A stretch of 64,000 bases of DNA from positions 79,112,001 to 79,176,000 of the forward strand of contig CM060732.1 of the NCBI GenBank assembly GCA_030704615.1. The letters run 5' to 3'. Positions 1-12,279 of this stretch are shown here, piece by piece (position 1 is the first letter of the stretch; each line of letters opens with the position of its first letter). Both the position numbers and the translations under genes were made by a program. The stretch comes from Takakia lepidozioides. Lineage: Eukaryota > Plantae > Bryophyta. The notes beneath the pieces are model-generated. The model made no database searches and was not told where the DNA came from. It saw only the letters and a list, made by a program, of their open reading frames with translations.

Positions 1-719
1 TTTGCAGCAACCGGCCATCTCGAGGTCGTTTTGGACATCAGGATTTTCTCACTGTCAGATAATGCCAAGCCATGTCGCTCTCTACATACTATTCATGCCC
101 TTTGGACAGTCAGTTTGGTGACGTGCAGAGTGCTGGATACCGTTCGTGGTTATCTTGCCCCAGCTGGCAGTATTGTTCCTCGCTGATTATCATGCAGCTT
201 CAGGTGACTCAGGTTGTCCACCTGCTATGTATCATGTAGTGTAGTGTGTGTCCCCTGAGATATGACACTGGTTTCCTCTAGACAAGAAACAGGCAAGTCA
301 TTAGAGCAGGTAACATCCAACCATTTGACTTCGTAAGAGGGCCTATAGCTAACCTCATTCTTTCCTCATCATCATATACACCACATCCTACATTTCAAGT
401 GGGAGGCCGATGGAATTCTTGACGAAAGGTTCTGGAAGGGCTGCTGTGGTCTCTGGCTTCATGCCACCTTGTCTTCGCATTGAATATAGCTCCAATCCAG
501 CCTGTTTCCTCCTGCTTTCATTTCGTCTGTCTGCATACTGAAACAAGAGCAGTAGCATGGCCTAATCAAACCGCCTTCAATCTCGAGAGCCTTGTACCAC
601 AGACTGAAGCAGGTATCATCAACCGTAGCATGCAGTCGCAATCTATGGTGCAGCATTTCTGCACTGGAGTTAGGAGTTTGAATTGACGACAGCAGGCAAA
701 GTGAGCTGCTGACCTGACC

Positions 720-2819
720 CTAAAACCCCTCCCCCTTCACATCGATATACTCCCCAGTTGCCCTATTATATCGCAGAAGTGCCTCCCCAATGGTGCCAGC
801 TGCCTTGTTTCGCACTTTTCTCACGAGTACTTGAACTTGGTCAATGGGACCTGCCGAGGGGTCACGGTTGCGGTGTACAACAATTCCATTATCACATTTG
901 TTGATGAAATGGGCACTACCACTTATGTCGTACAGGCCAGGAGCTTCTCCTTTCCAGACTTGCAACTGCTTTGGATGGGCGACAAACCAGACATGGCAGT
1001 CATGATGTTGGGCGAACCTCTTTATTTTTGTGAGCATCTGGCTCACATATTCTGTCTCCGTCTGATTACTGGGTCGCTGGTGATCTAGCTCGTTATATGG
1101 GTCAATTATCAGCCCTCGAATCCCATGCCTCATCACTGCAGCTTTTGCAAGCTTCAGTACCCAATCCACAGAAGGCAACACCTCATCTTCATGCCGTATA
1201 AGAAAGAAGGTCTCCTGAAGCCATTTTTTTCCCATGTCCAGATCTTCTCTACTCATGCGGGGAATTGCATTCGCATAAGGGGCATCAAAAAAGGGTTGCT
1301 TGACATACTTCTCGAGCAGCTTCCTGGCATGCTCCCGCACTTTGTTTTCCATGGAGCAAAGTGCAAATGTCCACTTCTTCTGCCGATTCAGGTTGCAGAT
1401 GAGTGCATCAATCCACTCACTCTTGCCTGAATTCGGCACCCCAGTCACCACAGTGAGCTCCCCAGGCACCACCCTGTATATCTCATCGAGAGACCGCCAC
1501 CCAGTTGACACCCCCCTCTCATCTCCTAGGCGCAAATGATAATAGTCATCAATCTCTTTGTAGAACTGTCGAAATTGGAAGAGCCCACGAATGGGATACA
1601 GCTCCGCATTATCAATCAGGTCCTGCAATCCCTCCTTCCCCTGTTCTAGAAGCACCTCATTAGCATCCTTGCACTTTGTCCCATCTCGCTTTTCTGGCCA
1701 GTTCACTCGCCAGCATCGCTCTCTTCCGAGTCGGCGGGCAAGCTCCTCTGCCAGAGCAGCTCCTGGTTCATCTGAATCAGTAGCTAGGATGATGCGTGTT
1801 GCACCTTCAAAGTACTCTTGGCAGTTCCACAAGTACTCGTACTTCTTATCTTCAGTGGGAGGAGGAAGGGTACCATCTGCAGAAGCTTTGGGCGGGGCAC
1901 CATCAGGAACACTGACACAATTGGTGATGCCAGCCTCATACATGGCCAGCTTGTCTATCTCCCCCTCCACAATAATTATCTCTTTGCGACCCTTGACGTC
2001 GTCCAGTCCATACAGAATCTTGGCAGCATTCTTGACCTGCCAGAATTTCTTCTGCGCATCCCGAAATTTGCAATTCATAATGCGCCCGTCTTGCATGTAG
2101 ACGAATGCAATGGCAAGTTCACTGCATGAAGTCAAGTGCTGTTGTACATTGTTCTGCTGAAGGGTAGTCAGCGTGAGCCCTCTCCTTTCGAAATAGTGCA
2201 CAACTTCCTTCTGCAGGGGAGCGAGTTGAAGACTTTCGACGGTGAGAGGTGCCTGTGGCTCTTTCCTGGGCGCAGATTTCACAGCCTTCGCAGCGCCATT
2301 TGTGCGCGCCGCTTCTGTATGAGTGCCCGGCACCCCGGTTCTGGTACTACCCTTCACCCCGCATGTACCTCTGTGGCACATCCAAAGCGCAGCAGACCCA
2401 TCTGTGGGAATTGTGACTGCCATGCACCTCTCCTTGGTGCTACCACCGTCACACGAGGGGCACAGAATGCGGTAAGTCCCGGGCTTGTATGTCGGGAGCA
2501 GAATGCCATCCTCCTTCAGCCTATCCTCGTACGTCCCTGCAATTGCAGCACTCTCTGCCCTTGCAGAAACTCCCGAACGACGCCGCAAGGATCGTCCAAG
2601 GGCTGGCCAGGACAACCCATGACAAGGCCTACCTCCCTCTAACAATTGTGGTATGATCCCTCGCCCGCCAAGCACGACACTATACCTCTCCTGATATCTC
2701 CGCAAGGCTGCAGGGACTGTCTTCCAGCTAATGCAGCTCGCAAGCGCTGTTGATGCTCTCCACATACAGCGCACTTGAGTGTAGCCTGCTGGCCCAGCCA
2801 CCTGCATGGCCAGCACCAT
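720..2819 (-). CDS. TWINKLE: Organellar Twinkle (T7 gp4-like) DNA primase-helicase, single-exon CDS of about 699 aa with an N-terminal transit-peptide-like region
   Basis: Uninterrupted ORF 720..2876, first ATG at 2819. Zn finger CPSC...CHRGTC, TOPRIM motifs EGEIDKL and ATDSDEPG, Walker A GVPNSGKS, Walker B LIIDPY, and HVWFVAHP / DISGSAHF SF4 helicase motifs. Confidence 0.93.
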   Translation of the reverse strand: MVLAMQVAGPAGYTQVRCMWRASTALASCISWKTVPAALRRYQERYSVVLGGRGIIPQLLEGGRPCHGLSWPALGRSLRRRSGVSARAESAAIAGTYEDRLKEDGILLPTYKPGTYRILCPSCDGGSTKERCMAVTIPTDGSAALWMCHRGTCGVKGSTRTGVPGTHTEAARTNGAAKAVKSAPRKEPQAPLTVESLQLAPLQKEVVHYFERRGLTLTTLQQNNVQQHLTSCSELAIAFVYMQDGRIMNCKFRDAQKKFWQVKNAAKILYGLDDVKGRKEIIIVEGEIDKLAMYEAGITNCVSVPDGAPPKASADGTLPPPTEDKKYEYLWNCQEYFEGATRIILATDSDEPGAALAEELARRLGRERCWRVNWPEKRDGTKCKDANEVLLEQGKEGLQDLIDNAELYPIRGLFQFRQFYKEIDDYYHLRLGDERGVSTGWRSLDEIYRVVPGELTVVTGVPNSGKSEWIDALICNLNRQKKWTFALCSMENKVREHARKLLEKYVKQPFFDAPYANAIPRMSREDLDMGKKWLQETFFLIRHEDEVLPSVDWVLKLAKAAVMRHGIRGLIIDPYNELDHQRPSNQTETEYVSQMLTKIKRFAQHHDCHVWFVAHPKQLQVWKGEAPGLYDISGSAHFINKCDNGIVVHRNRDPSAGPIDQVQVLVRKVRNKAAGTIGEALLRYNRATGEYIDVKGEGF

Positions 2820-3135
2820 GCCCCCCTGGCCCCCACTCTCTCCCCCCCACTTCCAGATCCTCCCTCTCTTCCACAATCTCTCTAGAAACTGCTTACAGCT
2901 TGGGCCGATTCAAAGCTCTCCTACTCACATCTAGCTTCTAACATCAAGTTACACAAGGGCGCAGATACACCCACAACAAGCATGCTTCCAAAGCCTTCCT
3001 TCCGCTTCTGATCTCTCTAGGAATTCTGACATCACTGAGCATCCCCCGGTTTCCAAACTTGAACACGCTTGCCTCCAAGCCTTTTTGGTGCTTCTCCTAC
3101 TTGGCAGGGTGGCGCCCTGGGGGTTTAGGATCCTC

Positions 3136-3143
3136 TAGGGTTT
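3136..3143 (-). promoter_or_regulatory. Telo-box (AAACCCTA) upstream of Twinkle
   Basis: TAGGGTTT on the + strand about 320 bp upstream of the ATG. An 8-mer, so it could be chance. Confidence 0.25.
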
Positions 3144-4219
3144 ATGGCCGCTTTCTTCTCACAGTTCAATCACTGCCCACCTCTGCTAACTGCAATGCTG
3201 AGCTGCAACCATTTTGCTTGATCTGTTGTCCGTTTGGATAACCCAAATATCTGGACAGGCCATGGATGCTCTTGCAGATTTGGGCAACCATCATTTGAAA
3301 CTATTGAAGCCCTAATAATTTGAGACTGAGATCACCCATCATTTGCTAATAATGAGGCATGCTCCAGCCTGTGACACAAACTCAGAGGTAAGGCAATACT
3401 TGCTATTGGGAGGGTAACAGAGGTCCTGAGTAGCAAGTAATATGAAGAGTATTGTACCTACATTATCAGCATGGATTGCGCGGCCTGAGTCCATCAGACA
3501 TTGTTCCATCCAAATTCTGACTCATGCGTCCGCGGAGAGAAACATAGGAGTTGGAATCTTGGGTAGCAGCAGTCGTGGAGTTCCACTATGTTGCAGTGAT
3601 ATTTGTGTACACCACCAAATTACAGTTGTTCTTTCTGCATTATAAAGCCATGATTGGAGTATTGGCTGATGGAGAGAGTCACCAGCAATTGCCAGTTGAA
3701 TATGGAGTGGTGTAGCTCTGGCAGATGGTCAAAAACTCTGAAAGGAAACTTTGGGCATTCTGCTATTGCAGAATTAAAAGCATAGGGAATTCGTATAAAG
3801 GTGTACTATAATGGTGAAATGTGAAAGATTTATATGGTCAATTTTTTTGTTTAGTCAGCTGATTGCTGTGCCTCAAAGGCCACTCCAGGTCTTACATAAG
3901 TTCAGTTCTAAAGGGTCCTTTATGGCTCTGACACTGATTTTAAGACTTATGTACATCTAAACACACTCTGCCGCTGGTGTTGCTTGTTTTAGCAAGGCTG
4001 CCAAAAGGAAACCCCATCTTGGAAGTGGAGAAAAGGTCTGGCATCTCTTTGACAACCGCTCGCCCAGCATTCTTTGACATGAACTTGTGGCAGCAACGAT
4101 AAACCTGAAGGTTCCTCCTGATGCAGATAGGAGTCCCCAGAGGTGTACTGATGATTCAAAAAGCAATGGCTGGCTTTGTGCTGTGGCGCTAAATTGAAAA
4201 CTCTGTTTATTCCTCCACA

Positions 4220-6460
4220 TCATCCAATCCAAAGAGTGTCAGATATATACTTGGACTCCTTCATTAGCCCAGACAATCTCTTCAGCTCAACATGGAGTTC
4301 CTCAATGTGAGGCATCTGTCTTCTACAAAAAATACAGGAACCTGATTGTCCATCTGAATGCAGCTGCACCCTGCCTCCTTTCAGATACCTCTGTTCTTCA
4401 TCATCTTTCTGACCTTTGCATCATCCTTCCACCTGCCAGCAGCAGCACAGATGTTCCATAACAGCACATAAGTTGCAGCATGCTGAGAATCCCACTTCAG
4501 AAGGTGCTTTGCCACAAGTTCTGCTACCTCTACATCACCATGAATTCTGCAGGACTTTTGGACACATGTTCTTTACATCTCCATGACGTCTGCAGGCGCC
4601 AAGCAAAGCCCCCAACACTGAAGCATCTGCTTCAATTGGCATTTTGTTAATGAAGTCTTGTGCCTCATGCAATCGCCCTGAACGGCCAAGAAGGTCCACC
4701 ATGCAGCCAAAATGCTCCACTGTTGGGGTGAGGCCGTGACCTACATTCATGGAACTGAAGTAATACCAACCTTCATCCACTAGGCCCATATGGGCACATG
4801 CTGAGAGAAGAGACATAAAGGTGATCCCATCTGGTTTGAATCCTTCCTGTTGCATTTGTTCAAATAGTTGGAGGACCTCCCTGCCACACCCATACTGACC
4901 ATATCCCGTGATCATTGCAGTCCATGAGATATGATCTCGCTTAGACATATTGTCGAATTCTTGACGCGCCTCCTTCATGCTCCCACATTTCGCATACATG
5001 TCAACGAGGGCAGTCTCCAGATTTATACAAGACATAATTCCAGCCTTCATGATGTCAGCATGGACCTCTTTGCCCTTCTCCAGGGCCCCTAGGCTGGCAC
5101 AAGCATTCAGAACAGAAGTAAATGTGATCCTATTGGGTGTCAACCCTTCCTGTTGCATTTGCTTATAGAGCTTAAGAGCCCCCCCACCACACCCATGCTG
5201 AGCGTATCCTCCGATCATCACACTCCATGAGATCACATTTCTCTCAGCCATACTGTCAAATACTGCACGTGCATCCTTTAGACTCCCACATTTGGCGTAC
5301 ATGTCAACAAGGGCAGTCTCCACATCAATGTACAAAGAAAGTCCAGCTTTGATGATGTCAGCATGGATATCTTTACCCTTTTCCAGGGCTCCTCCGCTGA
5401 TGCATGCACTGAGAGCAGAAATGAACGTGACCCCATTGGGTGCCACTCCTGTCCGTTGCATTTGGTCATATATCTCAAAAGCCTCGCTATCACACCTATG
5501 TTGAGCATACCCTGCTATCATGGTGTTCCATGAGACCACATCTCGTTGAGCCATATTATCAAACACTTGACGTGCATCCTTCATGCTCCCGCATTTGGCA
5601 TACATGTCAACAAGGGTGGTCTCCAGAATGACATCTGGTGCTGCAACTCGGGTTTTGGCAATGTCAGAATGGACTTTTCTGCCCTTTAGCAGGGCTCCTA
5701 GGCTTGCACAAGCATTGAGAACGCAAGTGAACGTAATACTGTCTGGTGCCACCCCTTGCTGTTGCATTTGCTCATAGATCTCAAGAGCCTCCCTCCCACA
5801 CCCATGCTGAGTATATCCTTTGATCATTGCATTCCATGAGACAACATTATGCTCAGACATATTGTCGAACACTTCACGTGCGTCCTTCATGCTTCCACAT
5901 TTGGCATACATGTCAGCAAGGGCAGTCTCAAGAATGATATCTGGTCCAATTCCAGCTTTAATGATATCAGCATGGACCTTGTTGCCCTTTTCCAGGGCTC
6001 CTAGGCTGGCACACAAATTAAGAGCACAAATGAATGTAACCCTGTCAGGCATCACCCCTTCCCCTTGCATTTCCTCATAAATCTTGAAAGCTTCCCTACC
6101 ACGCCCAAGTGTGACATAACCTGTTATCATTATGGTCCACGTAAACAAGTTCCTTTTAGGCATTTTGTCAAACACCCAGCATGCATCCACCATGCTACCA
6201 CACGTGGCATACATGTTGACAAGAGTGTTGAGTAAGAAGATGTTCGGCTTCTTTGGTTTGAATCCGCTTTGGAGAATGTGGGTATGCACCTGCTTCCCCC
6301 CTGCCAGGTCTTTCATGTTGATGCACTCCTGCAAGAAACAGACATAAGTATTGGAGTCTGCCCGAATGCCTCGTTGCTTTAAAATGTGCAATGCCTCCTT
6401 CAGCCTTCCTGCCTTGCATAGCAACCTCATATCTTCACAAGTGCCAGAGGAGTTCTTCAT
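4220..6460 (-). CDS. PLS-class pentatricopeptide repeat protein; PPR array open (4535..6460), but the E/E+ extension is frameshifted and has a stop, so possibly a pseudogene
   Basis: Repeated P-L-S triplets (ETALVDMYAKCGS...ARQVFDNM...VVSWNAMI). After 4535 the E domain continues in another frame (HGDVEVAELVAKHLLKWDSQHAATYVLLWNICAAAGRW...RGI*KEAGCSCI). No DYW seen. Confidence 0.88.
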
Positions 6461-7019
6461 CACCCCCTCTCTAGGTCTTCTGTCCAAAGTAGTGGTGACT
6501 GTGGAGGTACCACCCCTGCTAGTCTGATGTCCAACAAACAACCCCTGCCCCTGCCATCCTTCCGGAATCAAAACTCATAGTTACAAACCTCTACACTCAA
6601 ACTCACATATAATATATCTTTATGATTCAAAGATGACAGCCCTGGCTTGGAGAAAAACATCATGGTAGAGAACACATTCTTCTTCCTTTAGTTAAAGAAG
6701 TAGCAGCGTGCATGTGTGCTACAAGTCTGAAGCTACGAAGTTGGTTAGCTTGAGCACTCAATTGCAGAGAAGCACTATTTAGAACTGTCAAGAAAGCTAT
6801 TGAGTCACTGGTTGGGAATGGGGCCCATTCTTGCCATGGTCTGGCATGGAAATAAGGAGGTAGAAACTGGTCACAAGATCCCCACGTATGGAAATCAACA
6901 TGTGATATCTGTGTATGAGAGAAAAAGAGAGAGACACCTGTTTAGGTGTATTATTCCAAAAGCCTCTCCGATAGTCAAGTGGTCACTAGATCAGGTTACA
7001 CAACCCAAAAGTAGGAGAG

Positions 7020-9660
7020 TCATACAGGGTGGTACTCCAAAAGGTTGTCCACATTGGTGAGGCGGAAAGCTTCCAGCGGATCTGGATTCTGACCTTTTTT
7101 ATCATTGTCCCTGCCAACGACCACAGCACCACCTTTGTGAAACTAAGAAAGAGATGAAACAGGTTGCATATTAAAGCAGTTGTGACTCCGGCTTAGTAAT
7201 GAGGACATGGTTTACTGAGAAATCACCAGTAGCGTTCCATTTTCATTCAGGAGAGTTCTGCATTTGTCACAGGGACAGTAAGCCAACAACACATACCAAC
7301 CCCATGCTCTTGTGCAGTTCAGCCCATTAGAGTCTTCACCAACTGGGACAAATTTCCTGTACCATCCAGTAACTAGGAACAGTCATACAGGACCTGAAAA
7401 TCCTCAATGATTATGAATCAGTTCAGAGTACTAATTGCTAAAGTAACAGTTCAGTTGACTAAGAAAGTCTAAGGAACACAATAATATAGCACATTCCTTT
7501 TTCATTTATGAATAACCATCACCGATCCAAAGTGGTAGATTCACTGCCAAATATCAGCTTGAGGTCCTGGTTCTCAAGAGATGACACAATTAGTGGAGAT
7601 CAAAATGCAACCGATTCGGGTGAGAGAAAGTATGCAAAATTCAGCATGATACACATGTGCTTCTAAGGAGCCCAATAAATCCAGTCGTTTTAAGTGCGTG
7701 ACTCTATCTGTGTTGTCACTGTAGATACTGTTCTCTGACACATGGCGTCAGTGAGTAAGCCATCCCTTGCTGGGCACAATGAGGATAGGCCAACTCCACC
7801 TTCCAACTAGCTGACACAGAATGAGCAGAGCAAGAGACTTTCTTTTATGGGGAAAGAGAGATAGACAGGGTTTGGCTTGTCCTGAAAAGAACAAATCTGT
7901 TTATCCAGAGTAGATCAAACATTTTAGACAACAACAGCCTTCCAGGAAGGTTGGTATCACACGTCCTCTTCATCAAGATTCAACATGACTCCATCTCCAC
8001 AGAGGTGATTGGGGTAGGTGGTGGTATGCCTGTATACGATCCTACATGTCATAAAAATACAGGCTTCATGGGTTTTCTATACTGCATCATGATAGAGACT
8101 TGGAGATAAGCCTCAGTATAATGCAGATAGCTACTATGTCAGCACTGTTTCGCAAATCGTTTTCAAACATCACCTCTATTAAGTCCCTGCAAACTTACCA
8201 CATACATGGTTTACAGGAAACTAAGTCATAGAGTACAGAGCTTGCATGACTTACGTTTTGGAAACTGAGTGCCCCTGGAGAGGGACAACCCACTGCTATG
8301 GTGATCGTTTCCTCAAGTCCTCTCACAAGTAGTAACCATTGTTCTGCTATGTCTCCCTTGTTCATATAGTGCAAAGGGAGCAGCGTCCTTGCCAGCATTG
8401 AAAATTTAGCGTAGACCAAGCCTGTATTGAAAGCTATGGCTGTAGCCCTAGCCGTCTTCACAGCCCATGTGTGCAATAGCAGAGAGTGGAGAAACATTCC
8501 CCTTTCAAAATAGAGCCCATCAACGAGTGCGGAACCAAGGAATCTAAAACAACCAGTAAGATGTGACCTTCCAACAGGTTTCAAGAATGCAAACAATCAT
8601 TTATAAAAGAAACTTTAGTTAGTGAGTTAAGTCCAAAACCCATCGAACTAACCTCTGATTACAAGTGGACAAGGGATTGCAGAGACACACTCCTCGCTCC
8701 TTGTGGCCCAAAACGCTCTTGCCCAATGCTAAGGGAGCCAATACCAGCTCCACGGAAGCAAATGAGCTTGGCACTCCAGCATGACAAGTTGTGCATGTCT
8801 TCGCCTTCTGAAGGCTTGCAAATCCAGTTGTCACTGCCATTGATTCCCGCACAGCAATGGGACAAGACAGACTCAGAGTCCCCTTCAATCATGCTCTTCA
8901 AGAGATAAGCAAGATCCTGAGAGCAACAAAATGGAGAGGGTAAGAGAAATAATACATGAGAGCACATAGCTGCTTTCAATTCCTTTCCCCTCCTCACGAG
9001 ATTGAGGGGAAAAGGACAGAAAGGCAATTTTCTGAGAATCTCCAACACAGCCACTCTAACGACAAACTGTGGTGTAACTTGCAGTGCACAATACAACTAC
9101 CGCACAAAACAAGACTCGTTTACCACAGCTAGAAATGGAATGTGCCAAACCACCCACAATCTAGAATATCAGTATGGATTGGCCATAGTTTCTACAAAGG
9201 ATTGCGATCAATCAATATCTGATCTCAGACCTAGCTATGCAAGGCTGACGAGCCACAGCAATATGACCAGAAAATTCACACCGCCTCGTCATCAGAATGG
9301 CCCTCCTGCAGTGCATTACCTAGTACATATGTGGCAATGTGCAGCCACATTATAGACATGGCTGCTTTGCATTATCCAGAGGGCAGGCAGCTATCACGCA
9401 CTTGACAGCACTTGCATACTGGAATCCCCAAGTTATCAAATGACAGAAGGCCTCAACAAAGCACAACTGCACTTGGAGGTCAGCTACGAAGAGAAAAGTA
9501 TGAACAAGGGAGAAAGAGGGAAATCTGAGATTGGTCAGCTCTTATATATATAAACTTCAGCTCTTGCCTTGCTTTCGGATTTTAGTTTATAAATAGTTTT
9601 TAGTTAGCACTTTTGCAGGGCATAAAGATCTTTTAGTTCTGGTGCAGCCTCAGCCACCAT
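7020..9660 (-). pseudogene. Multi-exon pseudogene of an unidentified protein
   Basis: Several protein-like segments, most with AG/GT-type borders: GLLSFDNLGIPVCK (~9450), DLAYLLKSMIEGD...GQERFGPQGARSVSLQSLVHL* (~8915-8660), DAAPFALYEQGRHSRTMVTTCERT* (~8388), IVYRHTTTYPNHLCGDGVMLNLDEEDV*YQPSWK (~8040), SPLIVSSLENQDLKLIFGS (~7600), PV*LFLVTGWYRKFVP (~7390), and a last exon FHKGGAVVVGRDND...LLEYHPV* ending at 7020. In-frame stops are present. Confidence 0.5.
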
Positions 9661-9664
9661 TGCA

Positions 9665-10173
9665 GAACTCAACAACGCCCACATTGGCAAAATACCACAC
9701 AAAATCTGGGTTAGGAAAGCATCATATCCTTCTAGAAACAAGCAACAAACAAGGCTGCAACAAACTTTATAATGTGTCTGTTGGAAGAAAGAAAGTGGGC
9801 CCCTCACCAACAGCCCCCAAAAAAGTATCTTCTCTAACATAGAAAGCCTCATGCAGATATGCTGCCTAGTGTTTCTCATCCTCAACAAGGGATTGGCTGT
9901 CCTGGAATAGGCAGCTTTTACTTCGCACTATAAATCTTGTGTCATGCAATGTGCACTAATTAACTTAAAAGCTCCCTGTTTGGAGTCTGGATGATTAGCA
10001 CTCACTTCAACCCGGTATGCTTCACTACACTGCTTGGGTCGCAATCGGTGGGTATGTGCAGTCACTAAGGCTCAGAGGCACTCTGGGTTCATCTGGAGTT
10101 TCTCAGATATCAAACATAAATACATTTAGAAGAGTGCCTCTCTTTATGATAAAATTGTTGAGTAGAGCTGCCC
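9665..10173. repeat. Segmental duplicate of 63562..63995 (3' flank and C-terminal end of a GNAT paralog)
   Basis: Direct alignment by eye, e.g. ACCACACAAAATCTGGGTTA, CAAACAAGGCTGCAACAAACTTTATAATGTGTC and CAGATATCAAACATAAATACATT occur at both loci. Confidence 0.9.
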
Positions 10174-10631
10174 ATTTTTCCAGCACTCTTTGGGACGCAT
10201 ACAAAGCCATCTTCGTCGCATGCGTTGCAATCCCTTGCCCCAATAACTTTTAAGCAATGAGGTAGCTCAAGTCCGCCCGGAGACAAACGAACTCCTTCGC
10301 CAATGCTGAGGCAAATGGACCCTGCTGGAATGCCATCAACACAAATTGCTCTGAACCAAGGATGGGGATCAATTACAGAACTGAAATACTCACGGGCTTC
10401 TTCCTCAGACTGAAGACTCTCACGCGTGCTTGTTGTTGTAAACTCATCGTCTCCATACCATGGCATCATGTACTTCAAATCCTCAATGCTGAATTTCGGA
10501 AGTGTCACCCGATCAGACGCGATGCCGGCAGGTGATGCGAGGCTCTCCAAACCAGAAGGGGACACTGAGTAAAATTTGCTAACCTGGAGCACCCCTTTCA
10601 AACACTCCACCAGTATTTGCCTTGTGATCAA
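10110..10631 (-). pseudogene. GNAT (RimJ/RimL-like) N-acetyltransferase pseudogene
   Basis: RVTL..F...D, PHPWFRAICVDG.PAGSI motif homologous to 25446..26057. Frameshift near 10280, a stop, and an internal deletion before SQRVLEK. Confidence 0.8.
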
Positions 10632-10949
10632 GCCCCCTAACTTATCAACCGTTGGCCAGCTGCAAACAAAGCCAAGTTTTACTCAGGGGATGAATAAACG
10701 ACCAAACACTAGTGCTTCGACTCGTCAGGTAAGGCGATTGTTGAGAAGATTGGGTAGCAGAAGCACGTGCGCTGACCCTGTGCATATGCAAACGAAGCAA
10801 GCCTTCCTGGAGCATCCATAGATTGGACAGCAACATGGGAGTAGTTCCCGCATATACCGCTGAGAGGAGGAGGGGGGAACATCCACAACGATAGAATGGC
10901 ATCTCTCTATTCAACAACCTTCTCAACTTGTATGCTGAGTGTGGAACTT

Positions 10950-11970
10950 AGTGGATGCATGCCAAGTATTTGACAGTATGCCTGAATGAGATCTGGCCCT
11001 TACTTGGTATACAAAGATAGGAGGATTTGCCAAGCATGTGTTTGCAGGGAGGCTTTGGATTTCTATGAGAAAATGCCACAGGAAGGGCGGGGGGATGCCC
11101 GGCAGAGTCACATACTTTAGCACCGTCAATCCGTGTGCTGGCCTGGCAGCTCTGGAAAGGGCCAAAGAGGTACATTCTGACATCATGACAATCAGGGTTA
11201 TACCAGATATCAGTCAGGAGACTGCCCTTGTCCATATGTATGTCAAATGCGGGAGCATGAAGGAAGCACGGCAAGTGTTTGACAACATGGAGTGCAGTAA
11301 CAGCAGGATATGCCCAGCATGAGGAAGCTGTCCGACTATTTCAACAAATGCAGCAGGAAAGCTTGAAGCCAAATGGTGTCACCTGTCCATCTCTTCTGTC
11401 TGCAAACAGTGGAACATTTTGGCTGCATGGTGGACCTTCTTGGCTGTGCGGGGAGAGTGGTTGAGGCGGAGGACTTATTAGATATGAAGATGCCAATCAA
11501 CCCAGCTGCTGGGGTGTGGGGGGGGCACCTTGTTTGGTGCCTGCAGAATTCACAACGATGTGGCTCGGGCAGAACGTCGCCAAAGGCCTTCTTTAATGTG
11601 ATTCTACTTACACACTGCTATCAAATATATGTACATATGCGCTGCAGTAGGCCGTTGGGACAACAGAGCAAAGGTCAGACAAATAGTGGAGGAGATAGGT
11701 GTAAAAGAGAAGCCAGGCCGCTGCTGCATTGAGGTCAACAGGCAAGTGCATGCATTCGGTTTAGAAGACAAATTGCATCCGCGTATTGAGGAAATCCATG
11801 GTGAGGTTAAGAGATTGTCTCGGCAGATGAAGGAGGCTCGGTATGTGCCTGACACACGATTTGTATTGCATGATGTGGAGGAGGAGATGAAGGAATTCTG
11901 TCGTGCAACCACAGTAAGAAGCTGGCCATGGCTTTGGGGCTCATCAGCACCCCTCATGGAACTCCGCTCC
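10950..11970 (+). pseudogene. Degenerate PLS/E/E+ PPR gene fragment reaching the start of a DYW domain
   Basis: ETALVHMYVKCGSMKEARQVFDNM; VEHFGCMVDLLG; KEKPGRCCIEVNRQVHAF...HPRIEEIHGEVKRLSRQMKEARYVPDT; HSKKLAMALGLISTP, spread over shifting frames. Confidence 0.85.
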
Positions 11971-12279
11971 ACAGCTGGAATTATCACCTGCAGTCATGAC
12001 ATGAAATCAACATGACTGACAATCAACCCTGCCTACCTCCCTCCTGGTACGGGTCTGTTTTTCCCTGTTCCACTCTGCCATCTCCCTCCCCAATTTTCCC
12101 GCACACAGTAGTTTCAGGGCCGTTTCTATGTACAAACCACAAAATAGAAAACATACAAAGCACTGCTGGAAATAGTAAAAGGGAAGTGAATGGTTAGCAA
12201 AGAAGGTTCCAAGTACCAGAATAGCAAAAGCATGAGCGAGGCTTTTGATAGCAAGTCGGACTCATGGGTTTTTCTCAGA

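Noticed and set aside
720-2876. Phage/bacterial origin or contamination for the gp4-like primase-helicase
   Set aside because: It has a transit-peptide-like N-terminus, plant Twinkle motifs and plant nuclear neighbours.
831-6419. Many antisense or alternative-frame ORFs overlapping Twinkle and the PPR gene (and likewise the F-box, P4H and hAT genes)
   Set aside because: Shadow ORFs of real coding sequence with no independent motifs.
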